Source: Candidatus Omnitrophota bacterium (GTDB lineage: Bacteria; Omnitrophota; Gorgyraeia; Aquiviventales; Aquiviventaceae). Taken from it: 64,000 nt of DNA. The notes beneath the pieces were generated by a model that made no database searches, was not told the origin of the DNA, and was given only the letters and a program-made list of their open reading frames with translations. The position numbers and the translations under genes were made by a program. Location: contig JACPAY010000003.1 in assembly GCA_016180575.1 (NCBI GenBank), forward strand, positions 42,154 through 106,153, read 5' to 3'. Positions 43,408 to 53,278 of the stretch are shown one piece after another (position 1 is the stretch's first letter; every line of letters starts with the position of its first letter).

Positions 43408-46400
43408 GCGTCACAACCGTGCCGTCCCTTCTTCCCAGGCCGCGTAGAGCGTCTGGTACTCCTCGCTGACGTCCGCGGGCGCCCCCACGAAGTGCAGCGG
43501 GTCAGCCGGATCCGGGGCCACGTAGGGCGGCCGGTCGCTGCGGCCGGCGGCGGCCGCGACCTCGAGGCCCGCTCCTCCCCGGCCGTTGCGCGCACCGCGA
43601 TAAGGGCTTGGTCGAGCCGCTGGAGGCGCTGGAATTCGTTCGCCGTAGGGATCGGTGCATTCGGCGCGGGCGGATTCGGTTGGAAGGCGGCGGGCAGCGG
43701 TTCCCTGAGGTTGATCAGGACATGCCGGCGCAGCATGCCGTTGGGTGCAAGCTGGTAGAGGAGTTCCCGATCGCGCGGCTCGTCGGGAATGAACGCGTGG
43801 CTGAGCACATCAAGCGCCGCATGGTAGGCGGCGGGGGCCAAGCCGCTCGCCACATCCGACTCCGCCTGCGCTCTGAGTTGATCCTGGAACTCCCCGTTGA
43901 GCCTCGGCAACTGGTCGAGAAAACCCACCGCCAGTTCAACCTGCTGCTCGTGGTTCTCTGTCTCCCGGATCTGTTGCGCAGTCTCCAGCAGGCCTGACAA
44001 GACGGCTTCGGGACTTCCCAGGATCCGTCGAAGGTCGTCGTCATCGGCCGAAGGCGGGCCGCCCCGCGAGGCCGGCAGCATGCCGTCCCATGAGCCACGA
44101 GGGCCAAGCGGATCGGCCACCTCCGCTTGGGTGAGATCCAGGAGGCGAAGCAACCGATCGATGGTGCGAGCTTGGCGGGCGTCCTTCCCAGGGTCCGCGC
44201 GCGTGTCCGCGAGCGCCCCCAGAACCGCCTGTTGGACCTCAGGCGCGAGCGCCACCCAGCGCAGCTCGTCAATCGCGGTGCGCAGCACATCGTCCGTAGA
44301 ATCCGGCTGGACAGTGCGAGGGCCGGGACCAAGGTTGGCGAGCACCGCAACGGCCCATGTCCCTTTGAGGCCCAAGAGCTGCAGGAGGCGATTGAGCGCG
44401 GTGTCGAACGAGAGGTTACCGCGTCGGACTTCGTGCATGATCTCCCGCGCTGGCGGCTTGAGGCGCTCGAGTGCATCGCGCTCTGCGATCGTGACCGGCT
44501 GCGCTGGTGCGCCATCCTCCGCGGTTGAGCTGCCGCTCGGGGGCTGCGCCGCCTGCCGGAGTCCGATTTGCCGCTGGCGCTCCAACTCCTTCGCAAACCC
44601 CTCCACGGACAGTCCTTGGTTCATGAAGGTCTTCAGAATTTCATAGACTTCGGCGGCCAGCTCAACCACCCGTTCCTGAGTGAGCGCTTCGACTTTATAG
44701 GTCAGCATCGGCGAGGTGTTCGAGGCGCGGATCAGGAACCAGCTCCCATCCTGCAGTGCGATGCGGACGCCGTCCACCTCAATGACGCCGTCATCAGGCC
44801 CCTGCACTTTCAGGCCGTCGATATCCCAGGCTCCGGCCGTCGGCTTGACCTGGCTGCCATACCGCGCCAGCGCGAGCGCCTTGGCCTCGTCCATAATCCT
44901 GAACTTAGCTTCATCAGCCACGGGGTCCCGGATATCCGTGGTCACCGGCAGGTTTGGAATCGCGACAAAGACTTTTGTCCCGTACCGGTCCTGCCGGGGA
45001 AGCGAAACCGCAAGGCTCTGGGCCTCGTACTCGGCCGCCGTATCGAGGATTGACAGTCCCAGCACCGCCGTAAAGATGCCGTCGTCAATCTTGATGTCCG
45101 GATGGGTCGGGTCGGTCGCATAGAAGTAGTGCCCTGACGCCTCGGCGGACGTATAGGTGTTGATCAGCCGCTGGATATCCGGGTCGTCCGCCAACCCGTG
45201 CCCGGCCGCGATCTTCCTGATCTCGGCAATCTGCTGGCGCACGAACTTCCGATGGCTTGGGTAGCCGGCTGGAATGAAGAGCCCTCCCACTCCAGCATAC
45301 CGGTCGAAAAGCTGCTCGACGATTCCGCTGGCCCGCACGTCCAGCGCAAGCTTCGTCGTGTGGCCCACAGTGCGCAGCTTGGCGATGGCCGGCAGATTCT
45401 CGAGGATGAACCGGTGGTAGAGCGCCACTAGCAACCGCTCCGGAGCGATGGGCTGTCCTTGCTCATCCACGAAGGCGCTGCGGTCGCCGTCGCCATCCAG
45501 CGAGATCCCGATCCATGGCACCTCACCCGGCGCCAGCGCCGCGTTCAGCTCCCGGACTTTCTCGCTGAGGTGCCGGACCCCGCTCTCGGCATACGGCGCC
45601 TCCACACTATCCCGGGACGGGTCGGCCGGGTGGTTCGGAAACCGCGGGTGCGGCTCGCTGAACAGCTCCACCACCTCCACCCCGCGACGTCTGAGCAGCT
45701 CCACCATCGGCCTGGCGCCGACCCCATTGCCGGCATCTACGACGACCCGATGGCCGGGCTTCAGTTGGGGCAGCGCGGCGTCGAGCGCATCGATGTACTC
45801 ATCCACGAGCCTGTCCAGAACCGTCAACGTCCCCTCGGGGGCATTCCGCCGCCAGCTGTGCGTCTCGATGACCTGCTGGACATCAAGCAGCGCCCGTCCA
45901 AAGACGGCGCTGGGAATGCCCTCGGGGGCAGGTTCTCCAGCACTGTTTTGCTTTTCGGTGATTTTCAGCCCGTTGGCGTACCACGGATTGTGAGAGCCGC
46001 TGATTTGAATCGTGAGGTCATAGCCGTCGGCCAGCGCCTTGCGGCTGGTCGCCCCGGTCGGCATGAACTCGTCGGTGGTTTCGACGTTCATGCCGACCGA
46101 CCGCAGCCCTTCGATCACCGCCTGGCGCAGGGCGGGGCCGGACTCGCGGTGGTCCATCGTGATCAGGGCCCGCGCGCCGGCCCGATGGCGGGACCCCAGC
46201 GCCCTCGCGATGAGCCGCGCGCCATCCGGGGTCAGGGTCACCTGGTTGTACTGGCCGCGCTCCTCCGGCGCGTCCGAGGCCTGTCCGCGGATGTCGTAGG
46301 CGAAGCCGCGGCCGAAGAGCACATCCGGCAGGACGACGGTAGAGGGATCATCAGGAATAGGCTCGACAGCTTCCCCTTCCTCGTCTTCGATTGGCGGTCC

Positions 46401-49400
46401 GCCGCCGCTCGGGGGCTGCGCCGGCAGGCCGAGTGTCCTGGCATGCAGCGCTGTTGTGAAGGTTTCGACCCTGGCCTCGTAATCGCCGGCGGCCAGGCTG
46501 ATATTGAAGTACAGCGACCCGGGAGGAGCGGTCAGGAGACTTCGTTCCGCATTGGTTAACCCATAAATCTGACCGGCAAACGGACTCCTCTCGACGAACT
46601 CCCCGGTCGCAAGGAGCGCCGCTCGGACATCGGCCGGATCGAATCCGTGCCGTCTGGCCGGTTCGTCAACCTGCACTGGATGCCACCATTGCTTTGGACG
46701 TTCGTCGGCTTCGCCGGGTTTCAATGAACGCAGGTTGAACTCAAGTTCCACGACGAAGTCTCCCCAGGCTTCAAGGACCGCATGTTGCTCATCCGCAAAC
46801 GTTCGGAGCGACGTCAGACGCTCTAGCTGTGCCGGCTCAGACGCTCGTTCAGCAGCGGGAATGCCGGTGGTGTCGAGCCAGCTAAGAAGCGCCCTCAGGT
46901 ACCCGATCCGAGCTGCCCAATCGCTCAATCCGCTCAAACAGTAGGCGGCCGCATGGGTAGGGCCACGCGGGTCATCCAGAGCCGCCTTGACGGTGAGCGG
47001 CACCAGCACTTCTCCTGTGACGGCCTCTCTGGCAGATGCCAGCTGAATCGCTTGCCGCTCGATTGGAGCAGGTCTTCCGCCGGAATGCTCCCGGTTGAAT
47101 GCATCGGAACGGCGATCGAGCGCCGCCGACACGTCCAGGACGTAGTCCAGGACGCTCTCGAGAGGCGCTTGCTGCCGCTCAAGCTCCTCCACGAAGGCCC
47201 GGACGAGCGTAGCCGTGATGTACGCGGCGCTGCGGTGGGCCGTCGCAGCCACCTCATCCGGCGCGGTGTAGTAGTCGGACTTCGCGTAGGGGATGTATGA
47301 CACATTGCCCGGGGGCTGCGCCGGCTGGTCCCCGCTGCCGCCGCTGATCGTCCGCGTGAGGAAGAGCGAGTCGCCGGGATGCAACCGGGTCTCCGCGAGG
47401 TTCGCATCGGGCGCCAGGGTCTCGATGGCGCCGCCCGCCCGCTCAATCCCCAGCACGTAGCTCTCTTCGATTTTAGGGCGACCCTCCTGAGGGAACCGCA
47501 CGCCTTTCATCCCTGCAGGGAGATAGTCATCCAGGGCGGCCTCGACCGTTGTCTCTCTCGTGATCCGCCACTCCCAATCGCCGGTACGCCCAGCCGCCAG
47601 GGACGGGACGTCCGCAGCGCCGTCTGGCTGGTTCACTTCGCTTCGAGGCACCAACAGCCGGGCCACCTGGCTCTTCCAGGCCGATAGCTCATTAGCCGTA
47701 GGCTGTCCAGGACCGGCGGCCTCGGCGTGCTCCAAATCCGCGAACCGCTGCACCTCCAGCTTCTCCGTCCACTCGCGATCCGCATCAGACACGCGCGCGC
47801 CGCCTCTTCGCCGCGCGAACGGCAAGCCGCCGCCCTCAAGGTCGTAGGTCCCATCATCGTTTCGGCGTGCGACCACCGTTGGGTAGCCTATCAAGCGAAT
47901 GCGTTCTGAGTGGGTCGGGTCCGGCTCCCACTCGTTCGGATTGACGTAGTCGCCATTTGAAAAGCGGGCGGGCAGCACCGTCACGTGAACATCACCGACC
48001 CGCTCTCCTGCGACAGGTTCAACATAATCGAAATAGGCGCCAGCGATGAGGCGATCCTCAAGCGGACTCAAGGCCACCGACTGGCCCCAGTACTTCGGCA
48101 GGGTCTCCAGCATCCAGTGGAATTGAGGAGAAGAGGGGTCCTCCAGTGCGAGGTACTCGACCGAGGTCACATCGAGCGAGACCCGTGCCAAGAGGATGGG
48201 CCCATGCGTTGAGGTTCCAAAGACAACGTATCTGGCGGCCGGAACGTCGTCCTTGAGGTTCAGGAGACGATCTAACTGTGAGGCGGATGACTCCTCGCGC
48301 CAACGAAGCGGGGCGACATACAGCTGAATCGGCTGCCCCTTGAAGGAGAACTCACGGGTGTCGTCCTCCACGTTCATCAAGGCGGTCACGCTCCCCGGTG
48401 GGAGGGGAGGCTGCGCCGGTTCGCTCTCCTCGGTGATTATGGCCTCAACCGTTGAGCCTGTGCCCCGCTCAAAATTCATGGTGAAGGGGCGGGGGGAGGT
48501 GGCCAAAACGAACCGCACCGGCTCCCTGAAATGAAGCGGGATGGCATCCAGGATTGCGCCGCCCAGCCGCTCCCATTCATCCAACGATGCGATGGGCACA
48601 TATTCCGCCATCCGAACGAAGCCGTGGGGAAGCGTCCCCTCCACGACGCCGGGAAACGTGGTTTTGACCGTGGCGAGACCCTGTTGTTCCTCCGGCGTGC
48701 TTTCAACCATCGTCACCCGCGCCAGGATGATCGGGCCATCGCCCTGAGTCCCAAACACCATGAACTCACTCGGGACTCCCAACCGAGGGTCTTCAGAGGA
48801 AATGCCAAGCAGCGCACTCAGGAACTGCGTGTCCTCTTCGCTCAGTCCGCGCAAGGTCGCAGCGACAAATGCGGAACGTAGATCGATCTCTTGGCTGCGG
48901 ACCGGCGTCACAGCCTCTTCCAACACGGCCCTGACAGTCTCGGGCGCCCTGCCGCCAGGTGGCAATGCCGGCAGGCCGCCGCCCAGATCGCCGAAGAGGC
49001 GGAACCCGTCCGCGTCCTGCTGGATGGCATTGAAGATCTGCCCCCGCACCTCGTACTGCGAAGCGTTCGCAAAGGCCCGCTTGATGTCGCCGGCGGTCGC
49101 CGCAGGCGTTACTTGAATCGACAGGTGAAGCGGCCCCCCGTCCTCCAGCAACAGCGAATCCAGCCAAATGGCGACCGGGCCCGCCGCCAGAGACGGCGTT
49201 TCTTGGTAGGTCACCTTGACCCCCTCGCTGACTGCGAGGCGGTCAAGGACCGTTCGGAAGGTTTCGTCCCAGCCAGCTGGCCGCCTCATGGACGAGACTG
49301 TAGACCCCGCCTTGGGGCCCGCCACGCCGGGCAGGACATAGATCACCTCGCCGTCATCGAGCGGCGTGTCGCGGGCGGCGGGCTGCAAGCGGCCCTCCCG

Positions 49401-51647
49401 CCGCACCAGCACCAGCGTGTCAGGCTGCCACCGTGCTCCGAGCAGCTCGCCGGCGGTCATGTCGTCATCATCGGCGACCAGCCGATAGCCCAGCATCCGC
49501 GATGTCCGGTCCTTGAGTCGTACCGTCACGGCGTCGCCGTTGACCTGGGCCTCAGCTGGCTGCTCCATCGCGGGATCGAACGCCAGACGGATCAGGCCGT
49601 CATTGGACCACTGCTGGAGATCGCGCAAGGTGATGCCGGCCTCTGGCGAAAACCCTGCGGCCTTGCCGAAGCGGCGGAAATCGCGGCTGATTACGGTGCG
49701 CGCGAAGGCCAGCAGCCCCTCATCGATGAGACGCTCCCGCTCTCCGACCCCGGTGGCGGCGTTCGCCTTGGCCCAGAGCTCCTGAAAGAACTGGTACTTG
49801 ACCTTGCCGGTGACCGCGTGCCGACCCCCCTCATCGAGGAGCTGGAGGAGCTGCTCGACATCTGAATCCTCAGCGGCCCCGTCGAACGCCTCGAACAGCA
49901 TCCAGTCGGCCTCGCGCAGGATCCGCAACTCCTCGGCGAGCTCCTCCTCATAGCTCCTGATCTCATTATCGTGCGAGAGCTCATGGAGGAGCCGCTCGGC
50001 GACGATGCGACTGCCCACGATCCGTCCGCCGCCGCGGTGGCCCACGACTCGCTCGCTGTTCTCGAAGAATCCCAGGTCGATGGCGATGACCGGATGCCCA
50101 CGCTTCTCATCGTAGTACCTGGCCATGTGGTTCCCGCCGAGAATGATCGGCTCGACGAAGATGAACTCGATGCGGGCGTTTTCCGGGCGCGCCAAGAGAG
50201 ACGCGACGAACTGCTGCATGCCCCGGCGCCATTGGAGACGGCGATTGGCATAGCGGAGAGCCCGCTGAACCCAGACCTTCAACTCATCGCCTTCGTCTTC
50301 GTCCTGCCCCTGAAGCCAATCCAGCCATCCCCCGAGCCCGGCACGACGAAGGGTGACATCCGCTTCCGGGCGGAGGACGACGGAGTGGAGCTGATGCTTC
50401 CTGACAACGGATAAGGGCGGCAGGTCCGCTTGAGTGCCCCAGCTTTTGCCCGAAGAGGCGTGCCCGGCAGCGGCCCGCTCCAGCTCCCGGTGCACGAACG
50501 ACCGGGCGGTGTTGTCCGTGACGAAGGCGAGGAGGAACGTCCGCCACTCCGCATCGCTTGCGCCGGGCGGGGGCAGCTGCTCAGACTGTGCGCCGGCCAG
50601 GGCGACCAGTTCATAGACTTTATCCCGCAGGTGATGGGCCGTGCGCATGTAGGGATTCTCTGCGAGATCAGCCTCTTCCTCTGCCGCGTCGTACTCCTCC
50701 TCTGGACCGTATGCGGCCGCAGACTCATTCGCCGCAAGATCCGCATCCAGAGCCGCCGCTTCCAGAATCGAGAGGTGCCGCTCAACCGTGCGGCGCCATG
50801 CCTCGCTGTCGGCCATCGCCGTCGGCGCGGAGGCCTCTCTCACCAGCGCGTCAACAAGGCCTGGCTCAAGACCGGCTCCGATGAGCCGGGCCGTCGTGGC
50901 GCCAGGGCTCAAGCGGCTCAGGTGCCGCAGGGCGAGGGCCTCATAGAGGGTGGTCTGCTGGGCTTCCCGTTGGTCGGCCGGCAGGCTGTCGAGCGCCCGC
51001 TGCACAAGCCCATCAACCAGAAAGCGGTCCGTTTCGTTCAGCGTGTCAGGAGGAGGGATCCCGAGGGTATCGAAGATGGTGCGGGAAGCGGTTGGCTCTA
51101 CATACAGCTCCAGCGCCTCCGCCGGCGTCGCGGCGAGGACGACCTCGAACCACGCCGGGTCGAGCAGCCGCCGGGCGTTGTCGGTCCCCATGCCGCCGAG
51201 CGAGGCGCCGAGATCCGCGAGGACCTGATCGAGCCGCGCGCGGGCCTGGGTTTCCGTGGTGAGGTCCGGATACGCGGCGGTGGGGAACCACAGGATGAGC
51301 CGGCGCCGGCCGCCCTGGGCGCGGTAGTTCCGGAGGGCGGCGGCGGTTTCGGGCTGGCGGAGCAGGCGGACATCCAGGACGACCGGGCGGTCGCTGTTCA
51401 GCGCCGAGGGCGTGAACTGGTGCCGGAGCGCGGGGATGGCGTCTCCGAGTTGGAGGAAGGCGCGCTCGACGTACTGCAGGGCCAGCGCCTGGCGCGTCCC
51501 ATTGGGAGCGGAGGCGAGGGGGCGCAGGGCATCCAGCTCGCCCATCGCGGCGACCGCGGGAACGCCCATGGGGAAGCTGACCGCTGCCGCGATGGCGAGA
51601 CTGACCGCGCGCGACGCCCGGGACCCTCTCCAGCGCAGCCAGGTCAT
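43404..51647 (-). CDS. Giant 2747-aa protein with embedded phosphohexomutase domain (otherwise uncharacterised)
   Basis: High GC3 and a normal, diverse amino-acid composition throughout. Signal-like N-terminus, HELSH motif, internal duplicated modules, and a complete PMM/PGM domain. The last ~60 codons look out of frame (see finding). Confidence 0.85.
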   Translation of the reverse strand: MTWLRWRGSRASRAVSLAIAAAVSFPMGVPAVAAMGELDALRPLASAPNGTRQALALQYVERAFLQLGDAIPALRHQFTPSALNSDRPVVLDVRLLRQPETAAALRNYRAQGGRRRLILWFPTAAYPDLTTETQARARLDQVLADLGASLGGMGTDNARRLLDPAWFEVVLAATPAEALELYVEPTASRTIFDTLGIPPPDTLNETDRFLVDGLVQRALDSLPADQREAQQTTLYEALALRHLSRLSPGATTARLIGAGLEPGLVDALVREASAPTAMADSEAWRRTVERHLSILEAAALDADLAANESAAAYGPEEEYDAAEEEADLAENPYMRTAHHLRDKVYELVALAGAQSEQLPPPGASDAEWRTFLLAFVTDNTARSFVHRELERAAAGHASSGKSWGTQADLPPLSVVRKHQLHSVVLRPEADVTLRRAGLGGWLDWLQGQDEDEGDELKVWVQRALRYANRRLQWRRGMQQFVASLLARPENARIEFIFVEPIILGGNHMARYYDEKRGHPVIAIDLGFFENSERVVGHRGGGRIVGSRIVAERLLHELSHDNEIRSYEEELAEELRILREADWMLFEAFDGAAEDSDVEQLLQLLDEGGRHAVTGKVKYQFFQELWAKANAATGVGERERLIDEGLLAFARTVISRDFRRFGKAAGFSPEAGITLRDLQQWSNDGLIRLAFDPAMEQPAEAQVNGDAVTVRLKDRTSRMLGYRLVADDDDMTAGELLGARWQPDTLVLVRREGRLQPAARDTPLDDGEVIYVLPGVAGPKAGSTVSSMRRPAGWDETFRTVLDRLAVSEGVKVTYQETPSLAAGPVAIWLDSLLLEDGGPLHLSIQVTPAATAGDIKRAFANASQYEVRGQIFNAIQQDADGFRLFGDLGGGLPALPPGGRAPETVRAVLEEAVTPVRSQEIDLRSAFVAATLRGLSEEDTQFLSALLGISSEDPRLGVPSEFMVFGTQGDGPIILARVTMVESTPEEQQGLATVKTTFPGVVEGTLPHGFVRMAEYVPIASLDEWERLGGAILDAIPLHFREPVRFVLATSPRPFTMNFERGTGSTVEAIITEESEPAQPPLPPGSVTALMNVEDDTREFSFKGQPIQLYVAPLRWREESSASQLDRLLNLKDDVPAARYVVFGTSTHGPILLARVSLDVTSVEYLALEDPSSPQFHWMLETLPKYWGQSVALSPLEDRLIAGAYFDYVEPVAGERVGDVHVTVLPARFSNGDYVNPNEWEPDPTHSERIRLIGYPTVVARRNDDGTYDLEGGGLPFARRRGGARVSDADREWTEKLEVQRFADLEHAEAAGPGQPTANELSAWKSQVARLLVPRSEVNQPDGAADVPSLAAGRTGDWEWRITRETTVEAALDDYLPAGMKGVRFPQEGRPKIEESYVLGIERAGGAIETLAPDANLAETRLHPGDSLFLTRTISGGSGDQPAQPPGNVSYIPYAKSDYYTAPDEVAATAHRSAAYITATLVRAFVEELERQQAPLESVLDYVLDVSAALDRRSDAFNREHSGGRPAPIERQAIQLASAREAVTGEVLVPLTVKAALDDPRGPTHAAAYCLSGLSDWAARIGYLRALLSWLDTTGIPAAERASEPAQLERLTSLRTFADEQHAVLEAWGDFVVELEFNLRSLKPGEADERPKQWWHPVQVDEPARRHGFDPADVRAALLATGEFVERSPFAGQIYGLTNAERSLLTAPPGSLYFNISLAAGDYEARVETFTTALHARTLGLPAQPPSGGGPPIEDEEGEAVEPIPDDPSTVVLPDVLFGRGFAYDIRGQASDAPEERGQYNQVTLTPDGARLIARALGSRHRAGARALITMDHRESGPALRQAVIEGLRSVGMNVETTDEFMPTGATSRKALADGYDLTIQISGSHNPWYANGLKITEKQNSAGEPAPEGIPSAVFGRALLDVQQVIETHSWRRNAPEGTLTVLDRLVDEYIDALDAALPQLKPGHRVVVDAGNGVGARPMVELLRRRGVEVVELFSEPHPRFPNHPADPSRDSVEAPYAESGVRHLSEKVRELNAALAPGEVPWIGISLDGDGDRSAFVDEQGQPIAPERLLVALYHRFILENLPAIAKLRTVGHTTKLALDVRASGIVEQLFDRYAGVGGLFIPAGYPSHRKFVRQQIAEIRKIAAGHGLADDPDIQRLINTYTSAEASGHYFYATDPTHPDIKIDDGIFTAVLGLSILDTAAEYEAQSLAVSLPRQDRYGTKVFVAIPNLPVTTDIRDPVADEAKFRIMDEAKALALARYGSQVKPTAGAWDIDGLKVQGPDDGVIEVDGVRIALQDGSWFLIRASNTSPMLTYKVEALTQERVVELAAEVYEILKTFMNQGLSVEGFAKELERQRQIGLRQAAQPPSGSSTAEDGAPAQPVTIAERDALERLKPPAREIMHEVRRGNLSFDTALNRLLQLLGLKGTWAVAVLANLGPGPRTVQPDSTDDVLRTAIDELRWVALAPEVQQAVLGALADTRADPGKDARQARTIDRLLRLLDLTQAEVADPLGPRGSWDGMLPASRGGPPSADDDDLRRILGSPEAVLSGLLETAQQIRETENHEQQVELAVGFLDQLPRLNGEFQDQLRAQAESDVASGLAPAAYHAALDVLSHAFIPDEPRDRELLYQLAPNGMLRRHVLINLREPLPAAFQPNPPAPNAPIPTANEFQRLQRLDQALIAVRATAGEERASRSRPPPAAATGRPTWPRIRLTRCTSWGRPRTSARSTRRSTRPGKKGRHGCDA
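44640..46330 (-). other. alpha-D-phosphohexomutase (PMM/PGM) domain inside the giant ORF (approx. residues 1775-2335)
   Basis: All four signature loops are present: ISGSHNP (45984-46001), SLDGDGDRSAF (~45480-45497), SAEASGHYF and LIRASNTSPML. Domain borders are approximate. Confidence 0.85.
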
Positions 51648-51652
51648 CCGCT

Positions 51653-53188
51653 CTAGTCGCTCCCTGTTGTGGTGAGCCGCGAACGGTACTTGGCTTTCAG
51701 GACTTCGGCGTAGCGCGCATCGGTCTCTTCCCGGCCGACGAGCGGAGTCACGACGGCCACGTCGGCGCCCTGCTCTGCGAGCAAGCGGCTCAGCTGGCCG
51801 GCATGAAAGCCGCCGACGATCAGGACCGCGGCCGCCGCGCCCTCGGCGTCCATCTTCGCCAGCGCGCGACGGGCCATTGCCTCATCGCGTGCGGCGGCGG
51901 CCTCATAAAACCGCACGGCCAGCGCCGCTGCGGCATCGATTCGGGCGGCATCGCCGCTCCACGCCCACGGCGGGCCCTGCTGCGCCGTCTGGGCCTGCAG
52001 GACCGCCAGCCACCGTTCCACGCGCAGGGCGTCAGGATTCCGGCGATAGGCCTGGTGGTCTTCCGGCGTCCACCGGGCGGCGAGCAAGTCCGTGAGCAGC
52101 GCGGCGGCATCCGCCAGCGAGAGCAGGTCACGCTCCTCTGCGGAGCGGATGCGGCGCTCCCTCAACTGGGCGTGCAGGGCCTGGAGCTCCGACCACACCT
52201 GGCCCGCTTGCACCTGCGCCTTGAGCGCCAGATAGCGGATGTAGCGCTCCAGGTGGGGGAAGTCGGCGCGGGCAAGACCGGCCAGGTCCATTGCGGCGGC
52301 GAGCCGGTGGTAAAACGTTTGAGGGGCGACGCGGCCAGCTTGGTATGCCTGTCCGAGCGCCGTGAGCGCGTCAAGCTCGGTCCGCTCGAGCTGCTCCCGG
52401 AGGAGGGCGACCGCCGCGCGCTGGTCCTGCGCGACGCGCTCGCGCTCCATCCCCTGTTCCAAGGCCTGCAGCATCTGAAACTTGCCGAGGGGGGTTGACT
52501 CCGGAATCGGCACGCCGAGCCGGCCGGCTTCTTCAACCAGGAAGGCCACGTAGGCGCCGAGGCCGAGGGCCTCCGTCTGGAAGGCTGCCCGCCGCTGTTC
52601 CAAGGTGCGGAGCGACTGGTTAAGGACCACGCCCTGCAGGCGCTCGATGGCGGCGGCAAGCTCGCCGACCTCCCCAGAAATTGAGCCGCGCGCCTGCTCC
52701 AGCTCCATGTACATCTGATAGTGCTGGTCATACAGGGCCAGGTCATCCACCCCCCAGAGGAGGAGCGGGTGGTCGGAGACGAGGTCTAGGTACTCCTCCC
52801 CGGAAATCAGACCCTGCCGCAGATAGGCCTCCGCTTCTTCCTTGCGGATGGCTGCCGGCGCCAAGCGCCGCAGACTGGAGAGGCTGACATCCCCTTCGCC
52901 GCCCTCGACGAGGATCAGGCGGATGCCGTGATCTTCCGCCAGGCGGTCGACAATGCCGGCCAGGTGGCGCTGGGCCTCATAGTTGACATGCGCGTCCTGG
53001 ATGAGGACCACGAGCTTCGCGGGCGGACGGATGGGTGTCTCGACGACCTGGGAGACATGTCCAAGCTCTGCGGGCACAAAAACATCCGAGACCTGAGGGT
53101 CCCGGATGGTTTGGGAAAGCGCTACCTTCGGCGCGGCCAAAAAAATGGCCGTGAAGACAAAAACTCTGAGATGTCCCCTGTTCCCCAT
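51653..53188 (-). CDS. Secreted 511-aa protein of unknown function (weak ChaN/Tiki/erythromycin-esterase-like pattern)
   Basis: Signal peptide MGNRGHLRVFVFTAIFLAAPKVALSQ. LVVLIQDAHVNYEAQRHLAGIVDRL...IRLILVEGG near the N-terminus and AAVLIVGGFHAGQLSRLL near the C-terminus. The family guess is weak. Confidence 0.7.
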   Translation of the reverse strand: MGNRGHLRVFVFTAIFLAAPKVALSQTIRDPQVSDVFVPAELGHVSQVVETPIRPPAKLVVLIQDAHVNYEAQRHLAGIVDRLAEDHGIRLILVEGGEGDVSLSSLRRLAPAAIRKEEAEAYLRQGLISGEEYLDLVSDHPLLLWGVDDLALYDQHYQMYMELEQARGSISGEVGELAAAIERLQGVVLNQSLRTLEQRRAAFQTEALGLGAYVAFLVEEAGRLGVPIPESTPLGKFQMLQALEQGMERERVAQDQRAAVALLREQLERTELDALTALGQAYQAGRVAPQTFYHRLAAAMDLAGLARADFPHLERYIRYLALKAQVQAGQVWSELQALHAQLRERRIRSAEERDLLSLADAAALLTDLLAARWTPEDHQAYRRNPDALRVERWLAVLQAQTAQQGPPWAWSGDAARIDAAAALAVRFYEAAAARDEAMARRALAKMDAEGAAAAVLIVGGFHAGQLSRLLAEQGADVAVVTPLVGREETDARYAEVLKAKYRSRLTTTGSD

Positions 53189-53237
53189 GCCTCACCAGCC
53201 TCCCACAGCCAGATGCACGGTAGGGTAATTAAATCTA

Positions 53238-53265
53238 ATTATAATACTTTTCAAAGGCATGTCAA
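53238..53265 (-). promoter_or_regulatory. Consensus sigma70-type promoter (TTGACA-16-TATAAT) in a ~90-bp AT-rich island
   Basis: Minus strand: TTGACA (53265..53260), a 16-nt spacer, TATAAT (53243..53238). A/T-rich sequence lies upstream. It is ~50 nt before ATG 53188. Confidence 0.55.
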
Positions 53266-53278
53266 TAAAAATCTTGCT

